DNA of 64,000 bases from Nymphaea colorata. Its lineage: Eukaryota. Shown here in pieces: positions 14,809 through 27,952 of this stretch. The translations under genes and the position numbers were made by a program. The notes below the pieces were generated by a model, which was not told where the DNA came from, did not search any database, and worked only from the letters and a program-made list of their open reading frames with translations. Each line of letters opens with the position of its first letter. Within the stretch, counting starts at the first letter, position 1. The DNA is taken from assembly GCF_008831285.2 (NCBI RefSeq), contig NC_045138.2:11346001-11410000 (forward strand), in the 5' to 3' direction.

Positions 14809-15055
14809 CTGAAAGTGGTGTGGTCCTCTTGAATCCGAGATTCACCTCTGCAACACGCTTTCTAGAATCTTCAACGGATCAAGATTTCACCATTCCACGA
14901 GCTGGGCTTCAAGGCTTAGGAGGATGAGGCAAAGGAACAAGTTGGATCACGTGAGCCTTCTCCAAGGAGCATCACCTATAGGAAACGTAGAGGATGGGCT
15001 GCTCATAGCCTTCACCAAGAAGAGACCGAAAAATAAGAGGAAAGGAGGGAGTTCC
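14809..15055 (-). other. Possible non-coding first (5' UTR) exon of ALG13
   Basis: Strong donor CAG|GTAGGT on the minus strand at 14809/14808, CT-rich start region, and candidate acceptors at 10305-10313 upstream of the ATG. No transcript evidence. Confidence 0.3.
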
Positions 15056-15067
15056 CCTTATTCCACT

Positions 15068-16146
15068 AGGTAACGTTTGAGAGTCAGGAATTGTGGAATA
15101 AGAAAGTTGTTTCCGGAAACAAAATTTTGGAAATAGGGGAACGGAAATAAATCAGCTTGTTTATTCTGGAAAGAGTGGAATGAACATAAAATGCATATTT
15201 CTAAAATGACAGCTTTATTTGATAGATTTGAAATTTTACATTCCTTGAAACAAGTTTTCATATTTGTCAGGTTTATTTAGTTTGGATTTACATTCCTGAA
15301 AACAAGTTCCCAGGTTTGTCACACTAATAAAGGATAAAATTTGGGTTCTTAGAAATGAAGAGTAGCTTAGATTTTTTACTAAAAACTTGAGGCATGTAAC
15401 TAATTTTGGTAAAGGATGCCCATAATATTGAAAATATAAAAGATAATTGGAGATGAAGTGAATTTTTTTTATAAAAGGGGTTCGATGCTTTCTTTTTTCC
15501 GGTTTTCATCTTCACATTCACTCCTTGTTCTTTCATTTCCACTGCGTTTGGCATTCGACGACCTACGGCTCGAGAGCGACAAGGTTGGAGACTGGACACT
15601 GATGGCTAGGGACCGGTGATGGAAGAAATGGCTGTCACCAACCACCAGCGACTGACGAAATGGCTGTGAGACGACGGTTTTTTTTTATCTATTTCTTTTT
15701 ATTTTAGGGTTTATTTTTCTTTATCACCGGAAAAACCAGCGACCGGTGATTTCTAGTTACCTCTCTCTTTCTCTCTCGTTTTCGCTCGTTCTCTTTCTCT
15801 AACCTTTGGCACTGGAACCCTTTGTTGTGACTGTGGGTCGCCGAAAGCCTAAGAAGAGGGTGCTGAGGCTGTCGTCTCCGACATTATAATGATCGTCTTC
15901 TTTTTGTTGCTTCATATGGTCGGTGGCTGAGATGCACTCTGTAGTGAGGTTGAAGCTGAGAACAGGATGGCTGTGGTGGACGCTCATTCCCAACAGGCAT
16001 TTTTTCGTCCTGAGAATTTTTTTCATCCCTTGGGTGGGACTAAATTTTCAGGAATAATTTTGCGAAAATAAACCCAACAGCAAGTTTTTTCATTGCTGAA
16101 AAATTTTAAAAAATTTGAATCTTATCTGCCCATCAAATGACTCCTA
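15068..16146. mobile_element. Degenerate Harbinger-like non-autonomous element
   Basis: Ends TAGGTAACGTTTGAGAGTCAG and (reverse complement) TAGGAGTCATTTGATGGGCAG match at about 14 of 21 positions; GC-rich non-coding core. Confidence 0.3.
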
Positions 16147-16517
16147 GGGGAAAGTTTCTTTTGTGAATAAAGGGTTGAAATGCCGCTTTATTGCTAAAAA
16201 AAAGAAATTGAGGTAGATTTATTTTATTTTCATTTTAAGAAAAACCCTCTTAATCATCATGATTTTTATAAAAATGCCACTAGAGGATATTTCCTGCCCA
16301 TCAAATGCCACTACAGGAAATGCCATTATAAAAATGCCACTACAGGATATTTCCTGCCCATCAAATGACTCCTAGGGGGAAGTTTCTTTTGTGAAGAAAA
16401 GGTTGAAATGCCACTTTATGTTAAAAAAAAAGAAATTGAGGTAGATTTATTTTATTTTCATTTTTATTTTTATTTTAAGAAAAACCCTCTTAATCATCAT
16501 GATTTTTATAAAAATGC
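16126..16517. repeat. ~150-bp direct duplication with filler
   Basis: CTGCCCATCAAATGACTCCTAGGGG...ATAAAAATGC occurs from 16126 and from 16354, separated by short re-copied fragments. Confidence 0.85.
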
Positions 16518-16549
16518 TCTTATGTCTTTTTTTTCAAGTTTATTTCACG

Positions 16550-18781
16550 CTAAAACCTAAATATACTATGATAAACATAAATCCTAAGCATAAATATTTG
16601 AAAGCTAGGAGTCAAGGACCTAGACTTAAGCAGAAATAGTTTTCACGATACAAAAAACCGGTTTTACCTTTAGGAGCCTAATCACACTGTTTTGCACAAT
16701 AATTTATCTGTTTTAACTTTGATTTCGATCAAATTTTAACTACGATTCTTTGAACTCTACACTAATACAAACATGAAGATTTAAACACTAAATCACATCA
16801 ACATTATATAAAAAAAAAATATTAAAAATTAATGCAGCATTATCAACAGGCATCAATATCTAATCTTTGGGTAGATATTGAAGTGAGTTGTATCAGTGGT
16901 TGGCCAAGAGACTTGAATTGGGATTTGGGAATCAAGTGAAGGGTTTTAAGGTTGGCCTGCGCAAAGCCTTAGAAGACATAAACGTGGGTTATTCTGACAA
17001 TGCATGAACCTAAGGTGTTCCCAAACTAGTTAAAAAATGGTATATTTTGAGATGCATTTTGAAAACCATGACTGATTAAAGTGTGCTTATGCAGAGGCTA
17101 AGTTGAATTACGATATCACGTGCTTGAACTACTATAATCAAGGCATGGTGCTGATCCTATTAAATCCAGCTTCCTTACAAACAATGGTGTGTGCTAGATT
17201 TGCATATCATGGTGCTTATTTAAAACCCTGTGCTGCCTAGCATGAATTCAAGCAGTTATATGAAAATGGAAACAATGTGCTTTATGCAAAAAAGCGAACT
17301 AGAATATAAGAACTGAAATGAAAAAGAGAAAGGAGAGGAAGACATACCTGACATCCATGGCCCCGCCCGAAGACATAAAATTAAGTCTATCTGGTAAAGC
17401 AGTATATAAGCTACTCTGTTGCATGTATAAGAAAACAAACCATCATGGATATGTGAATATAAAGCAGGAATAAACTATCCTAAAATAGAAAGGAAAACTA
17501 CTCTAAACATGCTAAGAAAAAAAAAGCTACTCTTAAGAAAGCATAAAATAAAAACAAAAAACGAAGAAGAAAAGATGAGAAATCACCTAACTGGAAGACC
17601 TAGCTGGGCTTGGACCACGACCCCTATCCAACACACATGAGCTTGACAAGAAGTCTTGGTTGAGTACTACTACATTTGGAGACAAAACCTTAACACAAAC
17701 TCTTTTAAAAACTTTACTTCTCCTCTGAGCCTAGCTAGCTGAGTACTGCAACCGTCTTTAACCAAGCTCTTATACTTAATCCGCAGCTCTTGGGTCATGC
17801 CTTGGAGTGTCTTCTTCGTTCCTTTTTTTTTCTGCTCAATTTGTTCTCTTCATGGAATGCAATATTCAGCTCAAAACTTTATTCAATAGCACATAAACTA
17901 TGTTGCAGTAGTGTTTTGAACATTCCATGCTCAATTCTCTATCAAAACAAGTTTTGTCAGTTGAAAGATGATCTACTTAGAGTGCTGAAAAGTTCAAAAA
18001 AGTTAATTTACTTCAACTGATTTAGAAATGAATGGCATTAAGAGAAATTCAATGTAGAAACCATATGATGCAAACAATATGAGGCATATTTTGGTGCCAA
18101 ATCCTAGGTGTCTATATCCAATGTATCTAGACCTCATATCAAGATACAGTTCTGAAATGTAAAGGATGCTTTAAATGCATAGAAAGTTCTAGAAAATAAA
18201 TCATGGATATGTAACTTGATGTGCATATGAGTATGATTTCAAATCTCTAGATTTGGAAGAATGCAGCTCTAATATGGTGTGCTTGGTTAGGCTCAGTCTA
18301 GGCTAGGTGGGCTCTAGTGGGTTCAGTTCATGGTGGACTTGACCAAGTCAGCTCCTAAATTCAGTGTAGGTTTGAGTAGGCACAGGTGCTACTAAGCTAG
18401 ACTCAAGCCAAGTTGACCACGAGGTCAAATCCAGTTTAGCATGGGTGTGTACCTTTTAGGTTTAGTTCTGTGTCCCTAAGTTCATGCACAACCTATATTT
18501 TGGTTTTTATGGCAAGGAAGGAAGGTTTATGTAGATATAATGTGCACATTGAAAAATGACAATTTTAGCATTGGTGCAAAAACCAGGTTCTATGTGTTGT
18601 GTGGTCAAACTGAACACACTACATCTTGGGTTAGCTCTAGATCTAGCACATGCCAAGTTTCAATTCAAAATTCCATCAGTTGTCGCTTCAAAATTACATT
18701 TTTCTATGTTGACTGGTATGTAAATGACTCTATACGCATGCAACATGGACATTCTTAGAAAACACGATTTAGGGCATTACA
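16550..18781 (-). mobile_element. Degenerate Tekay/Del-type LTR
   Basis: Plus-strand ...TTTAGGGCATTACA at 18781 reads TGTAATGCCCTAAA on minus, the same start seen at 23911 and 55138. Left boundary is a guess. Confidence 0.35.
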
Positions 18782-20469
18782 ATCCCAACCAACATTAGAA
18801 ATACTCTGGTAAAGTGTATTTGATCCAAAATTGATGAAGAAATTGTAAAATTGATGTCATGATTGATTAGAATTGAACTCAAAAGTTGAGTTGCACATTG
18901 AATGGGATGTTCAGAACTAGACAACCCTTAGTGAAACTATATAAGTGGAATTGAACTCAATCCAGGAAGAATAAATTTGAATGAGCTAAAAATACTTAGA
19001 TAAAGCATTGAAGAACATGATCTTAGCTTAGTATGAGTTGACTAGTTTTGATTGAGCTGAAATTGGGCTCGAATCATACCAAATAGGTGAGACACTGACA
19101 ATGTAATCAAACATCTTGGTTTGGAACTGAAATATAGATAATGCAATTCAAAGTAACTGGTTGTAAGTTAGTTGCACTGAGATGCTAATTTGAGCTTGGT
19201 CAGGTTTGACAATATCACTATGATTATAATTGGTAAGTAATTTGGTTTAGTGAGCTGCTGTGGGTTAGAATGAGTTGTTTTGTGCTAAGTGAAGGCTAAT
19301 AAGCTTGCTTGGAAGGGAGGCTGTGATAACACAATGGCCTTCAAAGGGTTGAAGATTTTGCTTCATGCGTTGTTTTGAACTCTTCAGACATTGCTGCTGA
19401 AGTAGCAGCAGTTCTTCTCTATTTCTTGTCCTTTTGATTGTTCTATTCTTTGTAATTCTTTGTGCTTGTTTGATCTGATTTCTCAAAAAAGGGGTGGTGT
19501 CCATCCACCAATAGATTGGTTGTGCAAGGCTAACAAGCTAACTCTAATGACTCCTTAAGACTTGTAAAGGTGAGAAATATCCTAATCAAACTGGTTATAG
19601 GCAATTCTCACTATTCTTGAGGCTTTCTAATTTGGGACAAAAATATCATTTGACAAGGGGCAATATCCAAGCAGGCTAGAGATTTTTAATGTTATAGCTG
19701 TTAGGATGAATTTAGACCTAGTTCGGGCTTAAGGCCATCCAGATCAGAAAGTATTAAGAAAACTGAGTTCAAAATCAAAACAATGAGAGGTAAAATGGTA
19801 ATTTGGCCAAGGAAAAATTATGGATGTTTAAAAGTGTTACTAAATTAATGAAAAAAATGGGTTTAGTGACAGAGAACACACCAAATTTTCGAAAGAAATG
19901 CCCCCCGTGTAAGAGAAAGTTCATGGTTTGAAAACATTTATGTGACGTTTAGATCATGAACTATGAGAATTAGATCTTGCTGTACTTAAGAAAAAATAAA
20001 AGATGGACTAGTTTGGTAACTAGGTTTAACGTTGTGAAAGTTTCTTGCTCCAAAATGTTGATCAAACATTGTTCAAAATAAAAGATGCTAGTAGAAATGA
20101 GCCCCATCAAAGCTCTTTGAAAAGTTCATCACATGATGTTGAAGCTTCACATATTTCAAATTTAGTATCCAAGAGGGACAGCCTTTGTTATTCAATATCC
20201 TTTAAGCGGTAGAGTTTCTCTGATCAAGGTTACCAAGCTTTCTAGAATAAATGTCCATTTCCATGACATGAGCTTAGAGCAATTAATTTTGATTTCATAG
20301 GAAATCTCATAAAAGGAGCAACCATTAACCTGATGCTTTGTAGTTGCAAGAGAAGTTGCAGTCCCTATAGGGAAACTTGGGATCCAACCTATCTTTGTTC
20401 TTCAATCCAATACTCTTTGATTTGCTTTCTTTACTTTACTTTTGCCTTTTTCTTTCTTTCTGATCTAGC

Positions 20470-23400
20470 CAAAGTTTAAAATCATGAATAAAGATTTTAA
20501 AAAATGAGATAAAGATTGGCTCGAGTTTTCCATCCCACATCTCGAGAAAGGGAGAGAGAAAGGGAGAGGAGAGAGAGAGAGAAAGAGAGGGAGAGGAGAG
20601 AGAGAGAAAGAGAAGGAGAGGGGAGAGAGAGGGGGGAGAGAGAGAATTAGGAAGAGGGGTTTTGGCCGAGGGAGGACCAGTGACCTTAGGAATAGTCGTG
20701 ATAGTTGTTGGGCAGTTGAATCATTAAAATCAGAGTTTATTTCAGGTATGGTGTCAATGGGGTTTCCCTTTTTGCTTTTAGAATTGATTTTCATTTGTTT
20801 ATTGTGTAATTTTGGACTATATGTCACACACCCAACCTTTTTGACCCTCAAACACATTTTTTTTCCTAACATAAAGCATTGAAGTGTGACGACACAACAA
20901 TTCAAAAGAGGGAGCTGTCATTCAAAACAATGGGGCGAACTTTCATTCATACAACAACTTTGATTCATACACAATCACATCTAAGTGTATGACAAAACCC
21001 CAAAACATATAATTGATGTCTAACAAAAACAAGACATCAATACAATCAAAAGAAGATGCGCTGGCACTACAAAAGATCCAAAACCTCCCCAGTAGGACGT
21101 GAGTGAAGCCATCCGCTCAACCTGCTGCCCCTAGTCCACCAAAACCTCAAAAAAAGAAACAACAGAAGGCTTAGCCTTCGCAGTATGGCAACAAGCCAGG
21201 AAATTCCAAACCCACTTAGGTAGGGCCCAAATATGAGAACAATCATAAAAACAATATATCATCATGTTGTGTCAGGGCATGGCCACATCATTTACCAAGA
21301 AAAACACTAACATAGACCACGACATGTAAAGGTCATTCAAGGGGCACAGTAACACAATTTCAATAACATGCAAGACATGCTTAAACATATAATTTCATTC
21401 ATATCATTCACATGCACATCAATCATATACATTTCATTCATCTACTTTTCATTTCATTAACTTATTGATAGTTTCTGTGGGAGCAAACACAGGCACATGC
21501 ACACCGCGGGCGGCCTACAGTCGAGAGACAACCCCCGTGGTGGTCCATAACAGTATGGATCCATTCACCCGCTGCAGCGGTAGATCACTCATCTATGGAT
21601 GTGTGAATTTCAAGGAGAGATACTCAGCCTTCCCTAGGACACCCAGGTTGGGAAGGCGGGAGCCCAACGGTCCAAGCACAACACACAACACACAACAGTA
21701 CCCTAGGGCCTTGCACCGCCTGCGCTCCGAACAGGCGAGACCAGTGGTGAAAGCGAGACGTCTCCCAAACACATTGCCACAACCCACTGGTCTCTCATCT
21801 CTTATTCTTTCATTATTCTCATTTCAATTGCACATTCATAAAATGATTAGCTAGCTCATGAGGTTGGTTCACTTCACGAGTGCACCCACACCTACAATTG
21901 CCTCCACACGAGGTCTACATATAACATTAACAGTCATAGCTAGCTGTCATACAATACGGGTACAATTACCCTCCAATTCATTCATTTGCATCATTGCCTG
22001 CGACAATATGTATGCAACAAAGCACAACCTTCACATCAATTATCACATCAGTCACATCAATTATCACATCAGTCACATCAATTGTCACACCAATCACCTC
22101 TTTGAAAAACTTAGCCAAACCACAAAGAGTAGTCTCGATCTGTGATTGGTTCGTAGCTGTCCTATACAGTTATCATTCTACGATGCTTTCTAATGCACAA
22201 TTGGGGTCGAGGAGACACTCGACTCGATACCCCACCTCATCTGTCCTAAATAGTTATCAATTATAGCATGCACATGCAAATGCATAACATTTCAAAACAT
22301 GCTTCTAATAGCCTTTCAAAACAAATCATATCATGTATCAAACCATTTGCATGCATACATACATTTGTTCACAAAACAATTCATCAATCACATCACAATC
22401 CTAAGATCCCACGATCCTATGAACACACATTCACACATTTAACCAGGCAGGGATTTGCCTGGAATGCTGTCATACCTGTCGCGCGCCCTCAAAACTCTTC
22501 AAAATGTCTCGAGCTTTGAATCTGGTTGCTCAAGGTCGACAGGACGTGCCCGATTTACCTACAGACATAAGCAAAGATAAGATTTCTACTAGTTACGTTT
22601 ACGATCCAAACAAACATAAAACAAGATCATTGAGGCACATGTCATCGCCTCAAGAAGGTGTCGACGGGTAATGTCGACCTACAAGCCCTCCAATAGCCCT
22701 CCTCCTAACCTCTTGATGTTGCCACCAAACGTCAAGATTCACTGTTTCGATCAATCCATCACAACCGACTTCTCATTTGCTTTCTTTAGTAGAGGCATCA
22801 ACCCCAAAGTCATATCTAACTTACGTATGTTTTCCCCAAATAACTCCAAGATACACCCGTTCACAAAAGCATGTGCCACGTGCTCACTAAGATGGTTCTA
22901 AATCTTTCCCACAACATCACAATCTCTACCATGCTTCCCTGTTGCTTCGAAAATCAACACCTCAAGCTTAAAAGATTAATATATACATGAATCATCGCTT
23001 CTCCAACATAATCTTAAACTTTCCTCAAAAAGTAGAGTCGCTAACATGCATCCCTGATCATCAAATTATAAATTCTAGTATGCTCAAACAATAATTATGC
23101 ATGCTCTAATAGAAGATAACAGTTGATTTAGGCTTGGTTAAGCCTCGCTCACCCCAAAATTATAGTCTAGACTGCTGTAATCTTCTCGGCAGCCACCTCA
23201 AGCGTTCAATCGACCCCCAAGCGACAAAAATCGTGCAATGCCGCCACCACCAACACCGTCTAATCGCTGTTATGAGGAAAAGGACATTTCCCCCAAGCTG
23301 GAATCCTATCAAACAGTGATAAAATCAATGAGGAAGATTGCTCAATTGGGGAAAAGGAAAAAAACAATCAGAAATTGGGGAGAGAGAGCTCAAGTAAGGA

Positions 23401-25810
23401 GCTTGTGGGCAGGGAGAGGTGCTGATAGAAAGGGGAGACAGAGAGAGGGAGGGTTCAAACAAAAAAAAGGGAAAAACGGTAGTGAGGATGAGAGTGCGTG
23501 AGAAGGGAGAAGAAAACACGAGGGTGAGAGTGAGTGAGGAGAGGGACCGTGTGGGAGAGAGCTAGCGGAAAGGGAAAAGAGAGTGGCGAGAGAGAGAAAG
23601 AGAACGTGCGGCAGAGAGAGCAAGGGAGTGGCAGAGAATGGAAATAGCACAAGAGAGAGAGTGTTTACCCAAGCGCCGCGGCCGCTGTCATTGCTGTCAC
23701 CGCTGCCATCCTCGTTGCTGCCATGCACCACCACCGTCTTCTTCTTCTCTGTGCTGCGGTCGTAGCTCAGGGAGAGACGAAGAGGGGAAACAAGGGATAA
23801 GAGGGAAAGACAAGGGAGGAGAGGGCGACGTCGGGACCCTCTTGCACGTGGAGATCGGGTCTGGGTCTCGACCCACTCCAACCAGACCTCAAGCATAAAA
23901 CGAGCATTACACTATATTCTAGGAATTATGCCTTTTTCTAGTGCTGTACATATTGCTATTGTTTATGATGAAAAATGGTACAGTGCAAGAAATTTCACAA
24001 ATCCCCGACCAGCTAGTTTCCAAAATAGCCCTTTTTGCCTCATTTTTCCAAAACATGACCTCATGGACCCATTCTATGTGTTGAAAGACAATATAGCCCA
24101 ACCAGTTTTTGAGTGCCCAAGCCATTTTGCTAGTGGTCAGCGACTACCCATAGTTGGCATTGGCTGGCCACAGCCGAGCTGTGGCCTACCCTGCAAGGCC
24201 ATAGCTCGCATGTAGCTAGGCACCACCATTGGTTGTAAGCTCGACATGTTTCTGGCTTCTTGAGGTGCACCCATGCATCTTAACTCGTTTGGGATTTGTT
24301 GTGTATGCAGGAGAACCCCCGAGTGATAATCATGTTGTTTTTCCCCTCACATTCATAATTACAAGACTAATTGAACAGACAACCATTAGCTGGCCCTAGA
24401 TGCATTAATGTGTGTCCTTTGACCACTAAAGTGTATCATTAGAAAATATCATAGTCATCCTTTTCCAATAGGGCAAGAATTGAGATTATATCTATTGCAT
24501 GACTTGTTTTTAGTCTTGTTACATACTAATTGTACATGCCCCTTATGATATGGTATGTGAGTGTACTGTATATATATGATAAGTGGAGGCTAAAGTCACG
24601 GTTGGCATGACTGATATACAAGTGAGTAGGATTTTGGTAAGAGGCCTGATGGGCTGCATACATGCAAGCAGACAAGCTTATTTGTGGCTACGTGGTTATG
24701 GTTTCAGGCATGCAAGCTCAATTGTGTGATGTACACACACATACACACACACACACACACAGAGGTTGAGAATGTGTTGTCTTATGTACTGTTTTGTTTT
24801 GCTGGTTTTTATTAATGATTTGATGTTAAGAAAAAAACATGAGCTGAACATAAGGTGATGACCTAGGGCAGATTTGCCATGAATGAACCATACCAACTAG
24901 GTATCAGTTGAGCCCAAATGGGTTAGGTGGCAGCACATGGGCTTGGTTTCCATGGACAGACATGCCGAGAACATACCTTATTGTGAAGTACTTCTCAGCT
25001 AGCCTACTAGCTAAGAGCCTATCCCCACATAGAGTACGAGATGTGTTGCTGCAGCAGAGCTTAGCCTAGTTGTGAGTCATAGCAGGTTAATTAGGTTCTA
25101 TTATTCCCAAGGACTCAGTTATAAGTGTGATGACCATAATCTATGCAATGGTCTTGCGGAGCTATATATTTCTTTAAGAAGCTACATCGTTGGTCAATGC
25201 CTAGGGTTATACGTTTGAATGTACACCCTATGTTGTGATGGCTATTTATTGCCCAATTGAAATATTTGGTGTGATGGTATCTCTTATTATAATTACGTTA
25301 TTTATGTCTGAATAGATGATGTATGTGTGGGCCTCAGGGATAGGCTATACTCAAAGTTATCTCTAACGCTTGATGTTTGTTTCTGGTACTCACCTTGAGG
25401 AGGGCGGCGCCTCAAGATCGTGATGCTATTGGGATAGATGGTCATTCTTGATAGTGTGATTGACACTAATCCTTGCCTACTTTTGGTTGTGGGCATGGTT
25501 GTGTTTATATGGCCTTGTTGGGTGATGTCATTTTGCATATCATGTTATGATGTATCTATACTTATGTTTTGGCCATAAAAACTATTGTGTGTTTTCTATA
25601 GTACATCCACTGACGCTTCACTCTGCGTAGAGTAGAGCACATATCTGCATAGGACAGGTCAGACCATGCACCAACTCTGCTTGCTACTTTTATATTGTGT
25701 TGTACAATAGCTCATGTTATTTGCCAATTACAAAGGCAATTTTCATATACTATGCATGCATCACACACGTAACACCATGTTTGTAGGAAATGTATGGTTG
25801 TCGATAGCAC
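20470..25810 (+). mobile_element. Old Tekay/Del LTR interrupted by a solo LTR (20822-23911)
   Basis: 20560-20821 and 23912-25810 align colinearly with 55670-57370 (GA tract; TTCAGGTATGGTG; TGATAAGTGGAGGCTAAAGT; AAGAGGCCTGATGGGCTGCATA). Boundaries approximate. Confidence 0.6.
20822..23911 (-). mobile_element. Solo LTR, Gypsy (Tekay/Del-like), 3090 bp
   Basis: TG...CA ends (minus strand TGTAATGCTCG...GGGTGTGTGACA); perfect 5-bp TSD CTATA at 20817-20821 and 23912-23916; no coding domains. Confidence 0.85.
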
Positions 25811-26009
25811 CATTATAAAAGTTGATATTAGACCACTCATCTATCCCTAAGACAGGCCAACGATCCTAAACACCACCAATCAAGTGAGATAAGTAGTATT
25901 AATTTAATTTTATATCTTTGTTATTGTTACTCTATGCTGGCTGTAACGTTATGATATAGTTAATTCTTGTGCCTTTTCTCTCTCTGTCTATTGGTTGGAG
26001 GAAGAAAGG

Positions 26010-26012
<3 letters not shown>

Positions 26013-26070
<58 letters not shown>
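26013..26070. repeat. (GA)~29 microsatellite
   Basis: Perfect dinucleotide run. Confidence 0.95.
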
Positions 26071-26075
<5 letters not shown>

Positions 26076-26878
26076 CATCCTAATGTTCATTCACGTAACC
26101 CTAACTCATATTAAAAGAGATTAGGGTATTAACAACTTTACAAAATTAGTCCACTAGAAATAAAAAAACAATAAAGTGGACTCTTCCAACTTTCTAAAAT
26201 TTCAGAAAACCTCTAATCAATTTCAGAAAACAATAAAGTGGACTCCCCCTCAAGCTGGAGCATAGATATCAATCATGCTCAACTTGTTACATCCTCTCTA
26301 GAAATCGCCGATGGGAAGCACCTTAGTAAATATGTCAGCTGCTTGATCTTCAGAAGATACATGAATAATGTTAATGACTTCTTCTTATACCAAGTCCCAA
26401 ACATAATGACAATCCACTTCAATGTACTTTGTCCTCTCATGAAAAACAGGGTTATTTGCAACATAGGTTGCTGCTTTGTTATCATAATACATATTCATTG
26501 GGAGGTTCACTGAAATCCCCAATTTTAGAAGCACTGATTTGACCCAAGACATTTCAACCGCAGTTTGGGCCATAACTCTATACTGAGACTCAGCACTAGA
26601 TCTAGCAACCACATTTTGTTTCTTGCTTCTCCAAGAAATAAGATTCCCTCCAACAAAAACGCAAAAACCTGTAGTAGATCTCATGTCATCTACTGACCCT
26701 GCATAATCAGCATCACTATATGCTACTATGTCCGCACTTTCTCCCTTTTTGAACCATAACCCCTTTCTCGGGGCTGATTTAAAGTATTTTACCACCATTA
26801 AGGTAGCCTCCCAATGAACTTTTCAAGGTTTTTTCATGAATTGGCTTAGCTTATTTACAGCAAAGCTAATGTGTGGAC

Positions 26879-27952
26879 CTATGTCACAATGGTACGGGTA
26901 TGGGGGTATGGGTACTGGTACGACATTTTCATAAATCTTGATATGGGTACGGCGACTATTATATATTATATTATTATATATTTTTAATTCCAAAAAAAAA
27001 AAACAAAAGATATCATCACATTAAGAAAATGTTCCTTCCATGAATCCATAGATAATCTCATAACTCATAAAAAAAAAACAAAAAACATAAAATACTCCTT
27101 TCATAGATCATTCTTCCAATTCTTGACAACAAAATAGATACCAAAATTTTTTGATTCTACTCATAAGTGACAACAGTTGCATTGTTTGGCTTAAGTTTAT
27201 TCATCTATTGACATTGGTCGACAAAATAAACTGAAATACAAAATCAATTGCAGAATAAGCCTTTAAAAAATTGTAGATAAACCATAGAACGATTATGCTC
27301 TGTTCCTTGTAGTAAACAGAACTTCAGGGCCGTTTAGTAGCAAGAGAATAATCGCTGAATATTTCACCAATCTAATGAAAGAAAGAAATGAACAACAGTA
27401 AACTCACAGGTGACTAATGATTAGAATCAGAGCAGCGAATGAAGAAACAACTTGTAGTTGGATCACAGATTGGCCTGTCTTCTTCGTTGCTGATGTAGAT
27501 GCCCAGAGATTGATGAGATGACCACGAAGGAAGCCGATGTCACCTTCGCATTCCCATTGTTTTTCAGAAAAAAATGCCCAAATTCCATTGCAAAGCAACA
27601 AAACAATGCAATCAATGAAAACTGAAAAGAATACCAGCAAAACCCTCAACACTGCCACGCCGTCCGTCACAACCACCGTTCACCGTCCGTCACCGGTCAC
27701 CGTACGTCGCCAGCCACCATCCGCCGCCACTGCCCAAGGTTGCTGCAAGGGTGCAAGCACTCGCCGCCGAGGGTTGTTCCAAAGTCGGGAAGGGGAAAGG
27801 CCATCACGATTTTTCATTTTATGTTTTTAGGTTATGGACTTATGATATGCTTTGGATCTGGTTTCGACCCGAAACCAGATCCAAATGTACCGGCACGTAT
27901 CGGCGTACTGGTACGGGTACACCACCCAAATAGGCGTACCATTGTGACATAG
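26879..27952. mobile_element. Non-autonomous hAT-type DNA transposon (1074 bp) inserted in Copia pol
   Basis: Perfect 18-bp TIRs CTATGTCACAATGGTACG / CGTACCATTGTGACATAG; 8-bp TSD GTGTGGAC (26871-26878) / GTCTGGAC (27953-27960); subterminal GGTAC(G) repeats. Removing it restores TITRPD-ISFAVNKLSQFM. Confidence 0.9.

Noticed and set aside
23238..23898. Overlapping Leu/Ser/Pro- and Arg/Glu-rich ORFs
   Set aside because: Translations of GA/CT low-complexity tracts inside a solo LTR.
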